A stretch of DNA of 64,000 nt from positions 1,798,001 through 1,862,000 of the forward strand of contig CM076001.1 in the NCBI GenBank assembly GCA_038087875.1, in the 5' to 3' direction. Positions 63,500 through 64,000 of the stretch are shown one piece after another. Source of the DNA: Malacoraja senta. Lineage: Eukaryota. Below the pieces are notes generated by a model. It was not told where the DNA came from, did no database searches, and worked only from the letters and a program-made list of their open reading frames with translations. The stretch's first letter is position 1. Every line of letters starts with the position of its first letter. The translations under genes and the position numbers were made by a program.

Positions 63500-63662
63500 G
63501 CGTGCTACATGATATTGGAGAGTTAAATATTTATGTTGCTGATATAAACTATCCAGGGGGAATCGTCGGAAGAAGGGTTTCGACCAGAAACGTCACTAAT
63601 TCCTTCTCTCCAGAGATGCTACTTGACCCGCCGAGTTACTCCAGCTTTTTGTGTCTATCTCA
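63500..63662. mobile_element. Penelope-like terminal repeat remnants
   Basis: Degenerate GIY-YIG end and GAAGAAGGG...GAAACGTC...GAGTTACTCCAGC. Confidence 0.55.
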
Positions 63663-64000
63663 GGGGGAATATAACTGTTTCCATTAGTTTGAGTTTGGTT
63701 TCACCCTGACATTCGAGGAAGCCGGAGACCTTCATGTTGGAATGGGAAGCGGAATTAAAATGGCACACAGTTAGGGACTGCTACAGTGTTTAGTCTTGTG
63801 GAAGTAACCAGAATGATGCTGGTGCCCAAAATGTCTGTACACGTCTGAATATCCGAATCTGCTTCGCGCCCGGTTCAATGATATTGGAATGTTTTAAAGC
63901 CAGCTCCGGTGTTTAATAAAACTGCCACGGCTATCCATCCACGCTGACACTAACCAGTTGTGCAAATCGCAGCAGCCCTCCCACCCTGCATTCATTCAAA

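Overview
Repeat-dense vertebrate genomic DNA, most likely from a cartilaginous fish (skate/ray-like, inferred from the CR1/HER1 and HE1-type V-SINE content and the NAR-type V segment). It has three N gaps and no prokaryotic features. The non-repeat content is part of an antigen-receptor locus, probably TCR alpha/delta. It holds one apparently intact leader+V+23-RSS segment on the minus strand (45706-46179). It also holds a decayed NAR-TCR-like cassette on the plus strand: leader + VNAR-type V (33293-33752), RSS + J (34089-34185), then an apparently leaderless TCR-type V with 23-RSS (37369-37696). These segments lie between two-exon GPR139/GPR142-like rhodopsin GPCR genes (two intact, one pseudogene), whose first exons are missing from the ORF track. 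Several tRNA-Glu/Leu pseudogenes are also present. Mobile elements include many CR1 and Rex1/Babar LINE pieces, a full-length L1 whose 17-bp TSD duplicates a V-segment RSS nonamer, and a complete Gypsy LTR element with a nested tRNA-SINE. There is also a DIRS (tyrosine recombinase) 3' half, Penelope-like fragments with hammerhead-like motifs, V-SINEs and a non-autonomous TIR element. All calls were made by eye; no searches were run.
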